Below are positions 19,205 through 28,607 of a DNA stretch of 32,000 nt, piece after piece (position 1 is the stretch's first letter; each line of letters opens with the position of its first letter). The notes under the pieces were generated by a model. That model was not told the DNA's origin. It ran no database searches and worked only from the letters and a program-made list of their open reading frames with translations. Location: positions 90,001 to 122,000 of the forward strand of contig NZ_AP013028.1 of NCBI RefSeq assembly GCF_000829315.1. Direction: 5' to 3'. Source of the DNA: Wolbachia endosymbiont of Cimex lectularius (GTDB lineage Bacteria > Pseudomonadota > Alphaproteobacteria > Rickettsiales > Anaplasmataceae). The translations under genes and the position numbers were made by a program.

Positions 19205-20050
19205 AATAAAACACATTTTGGCTCCGCAACAAGTTGCTCTAGGAGTGCCTATACACTCAGCTACAGGTTTATCAAGTATAGATATAGGCACTAAATTTCT
19301 CACACTGGCATACAATAGGTGGCTAGATCTCTGCAGGTTACTCTTGGTAGATACAAAGCTTCTATCAAAGATCAGATCAGCGCAAAAACTTGGCACTGCT
19401 TCAAGAAGTTCAATAGCAGCTAAAGATAGCATTATACAACTTTGTAGAATCTTTAGAGGGAAAACTAAAAACGCAATGAGAAAGGAGGTGTTACCTGCTT
19501 CACTTACTTGGTTAGGCGAATTATACTCAATATGTTTTCTGTTTTTATCAAAGATAGGAAATTTTATAATATCCTTCTTAAATTCCGCGTCTATTGTTTC
19601 TCTACTGTAGTCAGTAGTTTTTGCCATTAACTTCTCACGCAAGTGAAAAGTTCTCACAACAAAACATGTGGTAATCATCAACGCAGCGCATACAAGTGCA
19701 CATTGCATAAGACTCATACTGCCTACCATAGCTGGCAGTGCAAAACAAACAAATGGCGTTATGATAGCCATTTCAAAAAATGGAATAATGTTTCTTTTCA
19801 TTGCAAAGGCAGCGCCTTCTTTCAATTTTGTATTACGATGTGCGCTATATTCCAAATAACTCAAAAAAGCCAAGCTGAAAGTTAAAAACCCTTTTGTTCC
19901 ACAAAAAATTGATGATTTTAAATTATTAACGAATGTTTTAACTGGTTGTTTAGTAGTAGACTCAGCTTGTTCAGCAGTGTTGCTATTTTTTTTATGGCAA
20001 CATCCACCCATACAATACCTCCTTGATGGTTTATTCTTAACTATAAACAA
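19151..20050 (-). CDS. Hypothetical multi-TM protein with repeat-derived C-terminus
   Basis: 299 aa ORF with several TM segments; C-terminal ILLSQRLTHSGTNAGAVC is encoded by the 19163-19204 repeat segment. Confidence 0.7.
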   Translation of the reverse strand: MFIVKNKPSRRYCMGGCCHKKNSNTAEQAESTTKQPVKTFVNNLKSSIFCGTKGFLTFSLAFLSYLEYSAHRNTKLKEGAAFAMKRNIIPFFEMAIITPFVCFALPAMVGSMSLMQCALVCAALMITTCFVVRTFHLREKLMAKTTDYSRETIDAEFKKDIIKFPIFDKNRKHIEYNSPNQVSEAGNTSFLIAFLVFPLKILQSCIMLSLAAIELLEAVPSFCADLIFDRSFVSTKSNLQRSSHLLYASVRNLVPISILDKPVAECIGTPRATCCGAKMCFILLSQRLTHSGTNAGAVC

Positions 20051-20124
20051 AAAATCACTTTGATGAAATAAAAATTCGCAATAGAATGGATCTATAAATA
20101 TACGATCTTATATAAGGAAATAAT

Positions 20125-20550
20125 ATGGCAATTGAGAAAACACTTTCAATATTAAAACCTGACGCAGTGAGAAATAATATTACAGGTAATATAAATTCCT
20201 ACATCGAAAAATCCGGACTAAAAATTATAGCGCAAAAAATGATGTTACTGACAAGAAGACAGGCAGAACTATTTTATGAAACTCACAAAGATAGACCCTT
20301 TTTTGGGGAGTTAGTGGAATTTATGACTTCTGGTTCTGTAATAGTTCAAGTTTTAATCGGTGAAAATGCAGTAAGTAAATACAGACAAATTATGGGAGCG
20401 ACAGATCCAAAGCAGTCAGATAAGGGCACAATCAGAGGTGATTTTGCTGATGACATTAGTGAAAATAGAGTTCATGGCTCAGATAGCTTGGAAAATGCTC
20501 GTAGGGAAATAGCTTTCTTTTTTGCTGAATGCGAGTTAATGCAGCTTTAG
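20125..20550 (+). CDS. ndk: Nucleoside diphosphate kinase
   Basis: [75 protein letters not shown]. Confidence 0.97.
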   Translation: MAIEKTLSILKPDAVRNNITGNINSYIEKSGLKIIAQKMMLLTRRQAELFYETHKDRPFFGELVEFMTSGSVIVQVLIGENAVSKYRQIMGATDPKQSDKGTIRGDFADDISENRVHGSDSLENARREIAFFFAECELMQL

Positions 20551-20583
20551 ATTGACTGAAATAAATGCGTAATTCTATAATCT

Positions 20584-21471
20584 TTACTGAGATCCAATAA
20601 AACAAGATTTGAAATTTTGTGTAATGTCGTTAATTATAGCGAGATATGCATCTTTTCCAGGTTCTATGTCTGACCCAATAGGATCAAGAATTACCATTTT
20701 TGCATCATTAGAGAGGGCTTTAGGTTTTATGCTATCTTCTCGTGAAGGAGAAAATATACATTTAATGTTTTCTTCCTTCATCATCTTTCTTAGTTTCATC
20801 AAACTTCTCATACCTATGTAAGCATCCTCTTCTATAGAAAGAATGGCACTTGGGTGATTTAAGCCAAAATATTTTTCAAAATATTGATAGGCATCGTGGG
20901 TGACTATGTATTTTTTATTTTTGAAGTCATTCAACTCTCTCGTAATTTTTTCTGTTTCTTGGTCTATCTTCTTTATAGCTCTCATTGCGTTTTGGTTATA
21001 CTTATAAGAATTTTCTTTATCTATACGAGACAGCGTTGTACTTATAGAAAGTATCATGTTCTTTGCATTTTCAGGATTAAGCCAAATGTGTAGGTCTTTT
21101 TCGTCTTGAATATGAATGATATGTCTAGAGAATGAATGTGGTCGAGCAGGAAGTAAATTAACTACCTTTGATAATTGCACAAGTTTTTTATTGTTTCTAG
21201 CGAAGGTTTTAACAAATGTTTCTAGATTATCATCAACATAGAATATGACGTCACTTGATTCCAAATTACTTGCATCAGATGGTTTTAACGCATGATCATG
21301 TCCAGATGTTATACAGGTAAGCAAGTGTGGTTTTGAAATTCCATCCGTAACAGAGGCTACAAGAGAATGTATAGGCTTTATTGTAGCTACGATTTTTAAA
21401 TTGGATGAAAAGGCAGTACTGTGATATAGTGTAAACAAAAGTGATAGAAAAGAAGCCAGTAAATGTCTCAT
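20584..21471 (-). CDS. znuA: Zinc/metal ABC transporter substrate-binding protein
   Basis: Signal-like N-terminus; KIVATIKPIHSLVASVTDG, GHDHALKPSDASNLESSDVIFYV, LHIWLNPENAK, VTHDAYQYFEKYFG. Confidence 0.88.
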   Translation of the reverse strand: MRHLLASFLSLLFTLYHSTAFSSNLKIVATIKPIHSLVASVTDGISKPHLLTCITSGHDHALKPSDASNLESSDVIFYVDDNLETFVKTFARNNKKLVQLSKVVNLLPARPHSFSRHIIHIQDEKDLHIWLNPENAKNMILSISTTLSRIDKENSYKYNQNAMRAIKKIDQETEKITRELNDFKNKKYIVTHDAYQYFEKYFGLNHPSAILSIEEDAYIGMRSLMKLRKMMKEENIKCIFSPSREDSIKPKALSNDAKMVILDPIGSDIEPGKDAYLAIINDITQNFKSCFIGSQ

Positions 21472-22203
21472 GAAAACGTTGAGAAAAAATTAAATTTTGT
21501 CAAAAAGTTAAACAATGTCAATAGCAGTATCCTAAAGATAGAAAACCTTGCTCTTGCATATGATAATAAGAAGGTTCTCGATGGTATTAACATATCAATA
21601 GAGAGAGGAGATGTAGTTACTATACTTGGTCCAAATGGTGGAGGTAAAACCTCTTTGGTAAAGGCAGTTGCTGGTATAAATAAGAACTGCACTGGTAGTG
21701 TCATGTTTGCTGACGATATAAAAATCAGTTATATGCCACAAAATTTTAGTATCAGTAATTTGATGCCGATAACAGTTGAATATTTCCTTTTAAACAGCTT
21801 CTCAACAAAATTGAAGAAAGATCAATCAATTGTTACAGAAGCGATAAGATTGGTTGGTATTGGCAATATTTTGAAGAATCAAGTGTCAGAGATTTCTGCA
21901 GGGCAAACACAATTATTGCTGCTTGCACGTTGTTTAATCGCAGAGCCTGACTTAATAATTCTTGATGAGCCAGTTAGTGCAATGGACGTTAGCGCACGGG
22001 CTAAGTTTTATGATATTATCGGTAAGATAGCAAAAAAACGACTGGTTTCGATTCTTATGACATCTCATGATTTAAACTCCATAGTACCATGTTCAGATTA
22101 TATAATTTGCATAAATAATACTATCTATTGCCAAGGTAAGCCTGGTGAAATTATGAAGAATAAAACTCTGAGTGAAATATTTGGCAGTTACGCAGCGAAA
22201 TGA
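21463..22203 (+). CDS. znuC: Zinc/metal ABC transporter ATP-binding protein
   Basis: Walker A GPNGGGKTSLVKA, EISAGQTQLLLLARCLIAEPDLIILDEPVSAMD. Confidence 0.88.
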   Translation: MSHENVEKKLNFVKKLNNVNSSILKIENLALAYDNKKVLDGINISIERGDVVTILGPNGGGKTSLVKAVAGINKNCTGSVMFADDIKISYMPQNFSISNLMPITVEYFLLNSFSTKLKKDQSIVTEAIRLVGIGNILKNQVSEISAGQTQLLLLARCLIAEPDLIILDEPVSAMDVSARAKFYDIIGKIAKKRLVSILMTSHDLNSIVPCSDYIICINNTIYCQGKPGEIMKNKTLSEIFGSYAAK

Positions 22204-23630
22204 TTCAAAATATTCTGCGCCTTTTATACATAACCGCAGTGCTGACTCGTTACAACATATTACCTCGCTTGCTTGTTCCTTCAAGAGGGTCAATAAACAA
22301 GATACAAGGTTATAAACTAAAGTGTGCTCTTGAAAAATTAGGTCCAGTGTTTATTAAATTTGGACAATCCATTTCATCACGTACTGATATTTTAAATGAG
22401 GATATAACAAATAACTTATTGTTAATATGTGATAGGCTGCCATCTTTTTCACACAAGATAGCAGTTAAAACTATAGAAAGCGAATTTAATTGTAAGTTAA
22501 GCGACATTTTCTCAAGCTTTTCTGAAGAGCCAATCGCAGCAGCGTCAATTTCTCAAGTGCATAAAGCAACTACAACGGAAGGTAAAGAAGTTGCGGTGAA
22601 GATTTTAAGGCCGAATATTGAGAGAGCCTTTTCAAGGGATATAAAAACACTTTTTTGGCTTGCAGAGGTTACAGAAAGATTTAGCGAGCAATCAAAGAGG
22701 CTAAGACCGATCGAGCTAGTCAAAACTTTCGCTGAAATTTGCAGATTAGAGCTAGACCTACGTTTTGAGGCCTCTCATTCTTCGGAGCTAAAGGAGAACA
22801 CAAAAAACGACAGAGGTTTTTATGTACCTGAAGTGGATTGGAGCAGGACTTCAAAAAAAGTTTTAACGTTGGAATGGATAGAAGCAACACCAATATACGA
22901 GGTTGAGAAACTAAATAATCATAAGCAAATAGCTGTGAATCTTATAGAATCGTTTTGCAATCAAGTATACAGAGACTGTTTCTTTCATGCAGATATGCAC
23001 CCTGGAAACCTCATGGTCGATAGTAACAACAATATTGTCGCCCTCGATTGTGGAATCATGGGCCGAATAGACCGCGAGACGTGCTATTATGTGATAGAGA
23101 TACTGAAAGGTTTTTTAAATCGGGACTATGATCACGTTGCAAAGGTACATTTTAGAGCTGGCTATGTCTCACCACATCACAAAAATTTTGTTACAGCGTG
23201 TAGAGCAATAGGTGAACCTATTATAGGACAGCCTATACAGAAAATTTCTTTTGCTAGTTTACTTGCTCAATTGTTCAAAATAACTAGTGATTTTGATATG
23301 AAAGTTCAAACACAATTGTTATTGCTGCAGAAAACTATGATTTTACTAGAGGGAACATGTAGAAAAATCTACCCAGAAATCAATATGTGGAAAATAGTTG
23401 AAGCATGGACGGAGAATCAACATAAAAATAAAATAGGTTATAGGGAAAGAGTAAAAAGTTCTTATCCCGTAAAGACAATTCAGGAAGTATTCAGCCTTGT
23501 AGAGAAATTAAATCTGATAGCTGATCAGAAACTAGAAAATATTCAAGTTAAGATTAGATCAAATCGAAAGACCTATTCTTTACTGTGGTTTATGGTCATA
23601 GCGCTAATCATTAAACTTTTCATTTTCTAA
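22200..23630 (+). CDS. ubiB: Ubiquinone biosynthesis protein kinase-like UbiB
   Basis: LGPVFIKFGQSISSRTDIL, PIAAASISQVHKATTTEGKEVAVKILRP, HADMHPGNLMVDSNNNIVALDCGIMGR. Confidence 0.95.
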   Translation: MIQNILRLLYITAVLTRYNILPRLLVPSRGSINKIQGYKLKCALEKLGPVFIKFGQSISSRTDILNEDITNNLLLICDRLPSFSHKIAVKTIESEFNCKLSDIFSSFSEEPIAAASISQVHKATTTEGKEVAVKILRPNIERAFSRDIKTLFWLAEVTERFSEQSKRLRPIELVKTFAEICRLELDLRFEASHSSELKENTKNDRGFYVPEVDWSRTSKKVLTLEWIEATPIYEVEKLNNHKQIAVNLIESFCNQVYRDCFFHADMHPGNLMVDSNNNIVALDCGIMGRIDRETCYYVIEILKGFLNRDYDHVAKVHFRAGYVSPHHKNFVTACRAIGEPIIGQPIQKISFASLLAQLFKITSDFDMKVQTQLLLLQKTMILLEGTCRKIYPEINMWKIVEAWTENQHKNKIGYRERVKSSYPVKTIQEVFSLVEKLNLIADQKLENIQVKIRSNRKTYSLLWFMVIALIIKLFIF

Positions 23631-23862
23631 TAAGTGTTGCTTTTTAAGTCGCTATAGTTAAAATAAATGAAGTTTACCTCGGTCCCGCTACCTGCTAGCG
23701 GGGTCTATGACGTAGAACTGCACTAGCTATACAGTTAGGGTGACACCGAAGAGTGCATTATCGCCAAACAATTGTGCGAGTTTCTGAATTTAAAGTTTTT
23801 ATTGTCTATAGAGGATAAGCTGCTACAATAAAAAAAATTAAAGATAGAGAACACTTCAAGTT

Positions 23863-25092
23863 ATGCAAGGTGATACTAAAAAAAAAACGACGATAGAAGA
23901 AAAAGGCATATTGGGTTGGATAGAATATAGATTACCTATATTTTCTTTTCTAAAACATATTGCTTCTTACCAAGTGCCAAAAAATCTAAATTATGCTTGG
24001 AACTTTGGTTCTTTGGCTGGCATAGCTCTAATTTTACAAATAATAACGGGCATCTTTCTTGCTATGCATTACACTCCGCATGTTGAACATGCGTTTAACA
24101 GCGTGGAGCGTATCATGCGTGACGTTAACTATGGATGGCTGATACGTTACACTCATGCTGTCGGGGCATCGCTCTTCTTTATGGTGGTTTATGTTCATAT
24201 AATGCGAGGGTTATATTATGGGTCTTATAAAAGGCCACGAGAAATGGTGTGGTTCATTGGCATATTTATGTTCTTTGCAATGATGGCAACAGCTTTTATG
24301 GGATATGTTCTCCCTTGGGGACAGATGAGCTTTTGGGGTGCAACAGTTATAACTAACTTATTTTCAGCTATACCTTTAATTGGTGACAAAATTGTTATAT
24401 GGCTATGGGGCGGTTTCTCTGTTGATAATCCAACGCTCAATCGTTTTTTTGCTCTGCATTACCTTCTGCCTTTCGTCATTGTTGCTTTAGCTATGCTGCA
24501 TGTCATTGCTCTGCATAGATTTGGCTCTGGTAACCCAAGTGGGGCAGAAGTAAAATCAGAAAGCGATACCATTCTGCTCTACCCTTATTATATAGTAAAG
24601 GATTGTATAACTTTTGGTCTGTTTTTTATAGTTTTGTTTGCGTTTGTTTTCTACGCTCCCAATGATTTGGGACACCCTGATAATTATATTGAAGCTGATC
24701 CTATGGTAACTCCGGTTCATATAGTACCAGAGTGGTACTTTTTACCTTTTTATGCAATGCTGCGTTCAATCCCAAATAAGCTTATTGGTGTGCTTACCAT
24801 GTTTGGGTCTATTTTAGTGTGGTTTTTATTACCCTGGCTCGATAAATCAAAAGTTAAAAGTGGTGCTTATCGCCCGTTATTTAAGAAATTTTTCTGGGTC
24901 TTTGTAGTAAATTTTGCATTTCTTACCTGGCTTGGGGGACAAGAAGTTAAAGAACCTTACATTACCCTAAGTAGGCTTTCCACTCTTTATTATTTTACAT
25001 ACTTTGTAATAGTTTTACCACTGCTCAGTAAGTATGAGAAACCGGAGAAACCACCAAAAACCATAAGTGATTCTGTACCGGAGATGAAGTAA
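23863..25092 (+). CDS. petB: Cytochrome b of the bc1 complex
   Basis: [30 protein letters not shown]-type motifs, [43 protein letters not shown]. Confidence 0.97.
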   Translation: MQGDTKKKTTIEEKGILGWIEYRLPIFSFLKHIASYQVPKNLNYAWNFGSLAGIALILQIITGIFLAMHYTPHVEHAFNSVERIMRDVNYGWLIRYTHAVGASLFFMVVYVHIMRGLYYGSYKRPREMVWFIGIFMFFAMMATAFMGYVLPWGQMSFWGATVITNLFSAIPLIGDKIVIWLWGGFSVDNPTLNRFFALHYLLPFVIVALAMLHVIALHRFGSGNPSGAEVKSESDTILLYPYYIVKDCITFGLFFIVLFAFVFYAPNDLGHPDNYIEADPMVTPVHIVPEWYFLPFYAMLRSIPNKLIGVLTMFGSILVWFLLPWLDKSKVKSGAYRPLFKKFFWVFVVNFAFLTWLGGQEVKEPYITLSRLSTLYYFTYFVIVLPLLSKYEKPEKPPKTISDSVPEMK

Positions 25093-26015
25093 TGCTGGTT
25101 AAAAATAGATTTACTGTAAAACATCCTATCATCCCAGAACACCCTTTTGTTATCCAAGTAGCTGACACTGGGATCCAGAAAAAAAACAAATGGATTTCAG
25201 CATCACGTGCCAAAGTGACATCAGGCTATTTTTTACTAAAACAATGGCTAGTTAAGGGACTGAACGTATTTGCAATTTTTTGCATGTTATTCCTATCTGG
25301 TCCTACATCTGCAGAAGAATTTACACCATCACCAAATAAAAAAATGGACTGGAATTTTGATGGAATTACCGGGTCTTTTGATAGGGAATCAATTCAGCGG
25401 GGTTATAAAGTATATAAGGAAGTTTGTGCTGCTTGCCATTCAATGAATAGAGTGGCATTTCGTAATTTGCAAGGTATCGGTTTTTCTGAAGAGGATGTGA
25501 AACAGATTGCAGCTTCTTATCAAGTTAAAGATGGTCCGAACGATTTAGGTGAAATGTTCGATAGACCGGGAATACCTTCGGATTATTTTATCGCACCTTT
25601 TGATTCGAAAGAAGCAGCCACAGCAAGTAATAATGGTGCAGTTCCACCGGACTTGTCACTAATTATTAAAGCGAGGCACGACGGTGCAAATTATGTCTAT
25701 TCACTGCTAACAGGTTATCAAGACGATGAGCACGATGAAAATGATTTATATTTTAATCCGTATTTTCCAACAGGTAAGTTAGCTATGGCACCACCACTTT
25801 CTGAAGGAATGCTGGAGTATAACGGTACAAGGCAGGCTACAGTTGAAAACATGGCATATGATGTGGTGAATTTTTTACAATGGGCAGCAGAGCCAGAACT
25901 AGAGCACCGGCACAAGCTTGGATTTAAAGTAGTAGCATATTTTGTAATTTTAACAGTGTTTTTTGTGTTAACTAACAATAAAATTTGGAGCAAGCTCTAT
26001 AAAAAGAAAAGATAA
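25092..26015 (+). CDS. petC: Cytochrome c1 of the bc1 complex with a repeat-derived N-terminal segment
   Basis: Heme motif CAACHSMNRVAFRNL, FYFNPYFPTGKLAMAPPLS-type motif, C-terminal TM anchor; start overlaps the petB stop. Confidence 0.95.
   Translation: MLVKNRFTVKHPIIPEHPFVIQVADTGIQKKNKWISASRAKVTSGYFLLKQWLVKGLNVFAIFCMLFLSGPTSAEEFTPSPNKKMDWNFDGITGSFDRESIQRGYKVYKEVCAACHSMNRVAFRNLQGIGFSEEDVKQIAASYQVKDGPNDLGEMFDRPGIPSDYFIAPFDSKEAATASNNGAVPPDLSLIIKARHDGANYVYSLLTGYQDDEHDENDLYFNPYFPTGKLAMAPPLSEGMLEYNGTRQATVENMAYDVVNFLQWAAEPELEHRHKLGFKVVAYFVILTVFFVLTNNKIWSKLYKKKR
25145..25224. repeat. Palindromic element (WPE-like) inside the petC 5' region
   Basis: TTTTGTTATCCAAGTAGCTGACACTGGGATCCAGAAAAAAAACAAATGGATTTCAGCATCACGTGCCAAAGTGACATCAG; encodes VIQVADTGIQKKNKWISASRAKVTS. 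Confidence 0.88.
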
Positions 26016-26093
26016 AGTTTTTTTATTGACACTCACTTTCATACCTTATTTATACTAACAAGTATATTAATAGTATATGAAAATATAAGAACT

Positions 26094-28043
26094 ATGGAAT
26101 TTCAAATCGTTACACATTTTAAACCAGCCGGAGATCAGTCACAAGCAATCGATAGCTTAGTTGCAGGGCTAAACAGCAACAAAAAAGATCAGGTTTTGCT
26201 TGGAGTTACCGGCTCTGGAAAAACTTTCACTATGGCAAATGTTATTGCAAGAACAAACAGGCCTGCATTAATTATGGCGCACAACAAAACTTTAGCAGCG
26301 CAGCTTTATGAGGAAATGAGAGGATTTTTTCCCCATAATGCTGTTGGATACTTCATTTCTTATTATGATTACTATCAGCCCGAGGCTTATTCGCCACAAA
26401 CTGATACTTATATTGAAAAGGACTCCGTAATTAACGAAAGAATTGACATGCTGCGTTATTCTGCTGTTTGTTCTCTCTTGGAACGCAGGGACACAATTGT
26501 AGTTGCCAGTGTTTCCTGCATATATGGTCTTGGTTCGCCCGAGAGCTATCTCAGCATGATCTTGACTTTAAGTACTGGAGATAAAATTCGTGTTAATGAT
26601 TTCCTGAATAATTTAGCTAATCTCCAGTACAAGCGCTCTGATGTCAGATTTGAAAGAGGATATTTCAGAGTACGCGGCGATATTATCGACATATTTCCTG
26701 CCTACTATGAAAACAAAGCTTGGCGTTTATCGCTAATGGGCGATGAAATAGAAGAAATTTCTGAGATTGATGCTATGACCGGCAATATCATCAAGCGCAT
26801 AGATAAAATCACCATTTTTCCAAACAGCTATCACATTACCTCACGTGAGACTCTATTGCAGGCGGTTCAGCTGATCAAAAAAGAGCTGCATGAACGCTTA
26901 GATTATTACTATTCACAGAACAAAATTGTTGAAGCAAAACGCCTTGAGCAGCGCACCAATTTTGATATTGAAATGATGATAGCAACAGGAGTGTGTAAAG
27001 GTATCGAAAATTATTCGCGTTATCTCTACGGCATGGAAGCTGGAGATGCACCGCCTACTTTGTTTGAATATTTACCTAAAGATGTAATTTTATTTGTCGA
27101 CGAGAGTCATGTTACCGTTCCTCAGGTTGGTGCGATGTATAGCGGTAATGAGGCGCGTAAAAAAAAATTGGTGGACCACGGATTTAGGCTCCCTTCTGCT
27201 TTTGATAACCGTCCATTAAAATTTGAAGAGTGGGAAGCAGTGCGGCCGCAAACTATTTTCATTTCCGCTACTCCCGGAAAATATGAGTTGGCAAAAACCA
27301 ATAATGTATTCATAGAGCAAGTTATTCGTCCAACGGGTCTTACAGATCCAATCTGCATTATAAAGCCAACAGAGACTCAAGTTGATGATGTGATTCATGA
27401 AGCGCAAGTGACGATAAAGAAAGGGTTTTGTGTTCTTATTACCACATTGACAAAAAAAATGGCTGAAAAGCTAGCCGAACATATAAGTGAGCTAAATATG
27501 AAGGTGAGTTACCTGCATTCAGATATTGGTGCACTGGAGAGGATTGACATTATATGCAAACTAAGATCGAAAGAAATCGACGTCCTAGTTGGTGTCAACT
27601 TACTGCGGGAAGGTCTTGATATTCCAGAATGTGGATTGGTTGCAATTTTGGACGCTGATAAGGAAGGATTTTTGCGATCGGAAACTTCGCTCATTCAAAC
27701 AATAGGTCGTGCTGCACGCAATGCCGAAGGTAGGGTAGTTTTATATGCAGATAAAATGACCGGTTCTTTAGACCGTGCGTTGAAAGAAACAGAAAGAAGA
27801 AGAAAGAAACAACAAGAATACAATATACTGCATAATATTACACCAAAAACTATAGTAAAGGCTATATCAAATACTCTACAAGATAATGTAGCAGCCGAGA
27901 GAAAAGTCGATATTAGTAAGGACGATTTAGTCAATTTAGAAAAGCAGATGTTAAAACATGCTGAGAATCTAGAGTTTGAAGACGCAGCAAAAATAAAACG
28001 TATTATCGAAAGATTCGGCAGACTTCCTGCAAACCAAAACTAA
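26094..28043 (+). CDS. uvrB: Excinuclease ABC subunit B
   Basis: [94 protein letters not shown]. Confidence 0.98.
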   Translation: MEFQIVTHFKPAGDQSQAIDSLVAGLNSNKKDQVLLGVTGSGKTFTMANVIARTNRPALIMAHNKTLAAQLYEEMRGFFPHNAVGYFISYYDYYQPEAYSPQTDTYIEKDSVINERIDMLRYSAVCSLLERRDTIVVASVSCIYGLGSPESYLSMILTLSTGDKIRVNDFLNNLANLQYKRSDVRFERGYFRVRGDIIDIFPAYYENKAWRLSLMGDEIEEISEIDAMTGNIIKRIDKITIFPNSYHITSRETLLQAVQLIKKELHERLDYYYSQNKIVEAKRLEQRTNFDIEMMIATGVCKGIENYSRYLYGMEAGDAPPTLFEYLPKDVILFVDESHVTVPQVGAMYSGNEARKKKLVDHGFRLPSAFDNRPLKFEEWEAVRPQTIFISATPGKYELAKTNNVFIEQVIRPTGLTDPICIIKPTETQVDDVIHEAQVTIKKGFCVLITTLTKKMAEKLAEHISELNMKVSYLHSDIGALERIDIICKLRSKEIDVLVGVNLLREGLDIPECGLVAILDADKEGFLRSETSLIQTIGRAARNAEGRVVLYADKMTGSLDRALKETERRRKKQQEYNILHNITPKTIVKAISNTLQDNVAAERKVDISKDDLVNLEKQMLKHAENLEFEDAAKIKRIIERFGRLPANQN

Positions 28044-28127
28044 GCAGAAAGAAAGCAATTTACTAGCTACGCCATGCCGCCGCAGGTCTCACGTGGCTTC
28101 CGCTTGCAACTAATCTTTAACTATAAA

Positions 28128-28585
28128 CATTAAAAAATTCACTAAATAAAAAAAGACAAAAGAAGCCACGGTCGGTGGCTAATTATTTATATGTACCTCA
28201 AATATCGGCGTTTTTATTCTCAGCGCTACGATTCAGCTACTTTTAAATGCAAGTAATCAAAACTGTAAACATTAAGAAATTTACTAAGCAGGAAAAAAAG
28301 AAAAAAAAACTCTGAGGCAGCTAGTATTCAAATTCTCCCTTGTCTATTTGACGTTCTATACTGTCTTAAACGACTTATAAGCGCGCTTCAGCTTGTATAG
28401 GTAAAAACCAGAAGTTTTAAAAGACGTGAGGTGCACATAGTGCAAAAATTTAAACATGAGACGCCAAATACCCTAAGTTTTTTGTCATTAACCGGCACAG
28501 ATTGCGAAGATAAATAAATAGCTTCAGTATCATTATAAGGGGGTTGGAGGAACTTGTTAAGTAGTTTTTTTTGTTTCTATTGCTA
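28128..28585 (-). repeat. Composite dispersed intergenic repeat, copy A
   Basis: Same order of modules as 11445-11890; 'GACGTGAGGTGCACATAGTGCAAAAATTTAAACATG' and rc TTAACA-N17-TATAAT. Confidence 0.8.
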
Positions 28586-28607
28586 AAAAATCTGAATTCA
28601 GTCTACC

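Noticed and set aside
18797-19232. Minus-strand ORFs 18797..19090 and 18969..19232
   Set aside because: Composed almost entirely of translated palindromic repeats (e.g. ESWIPASRAGMT, VIPALDTQRYERGS); treated as repeat-derived, not genes.
19218-19885. Plus-strand ORFs 19218..19610, 19643..19885 and 19668..19859
   Set aside because: Antisense to the longer 19151..20050 membrane-protein ORF; no independent support.
27122-27934. Minus-strand ORFs of 61-79 aa
   Set aside because: Antisense shadows of uvrB.
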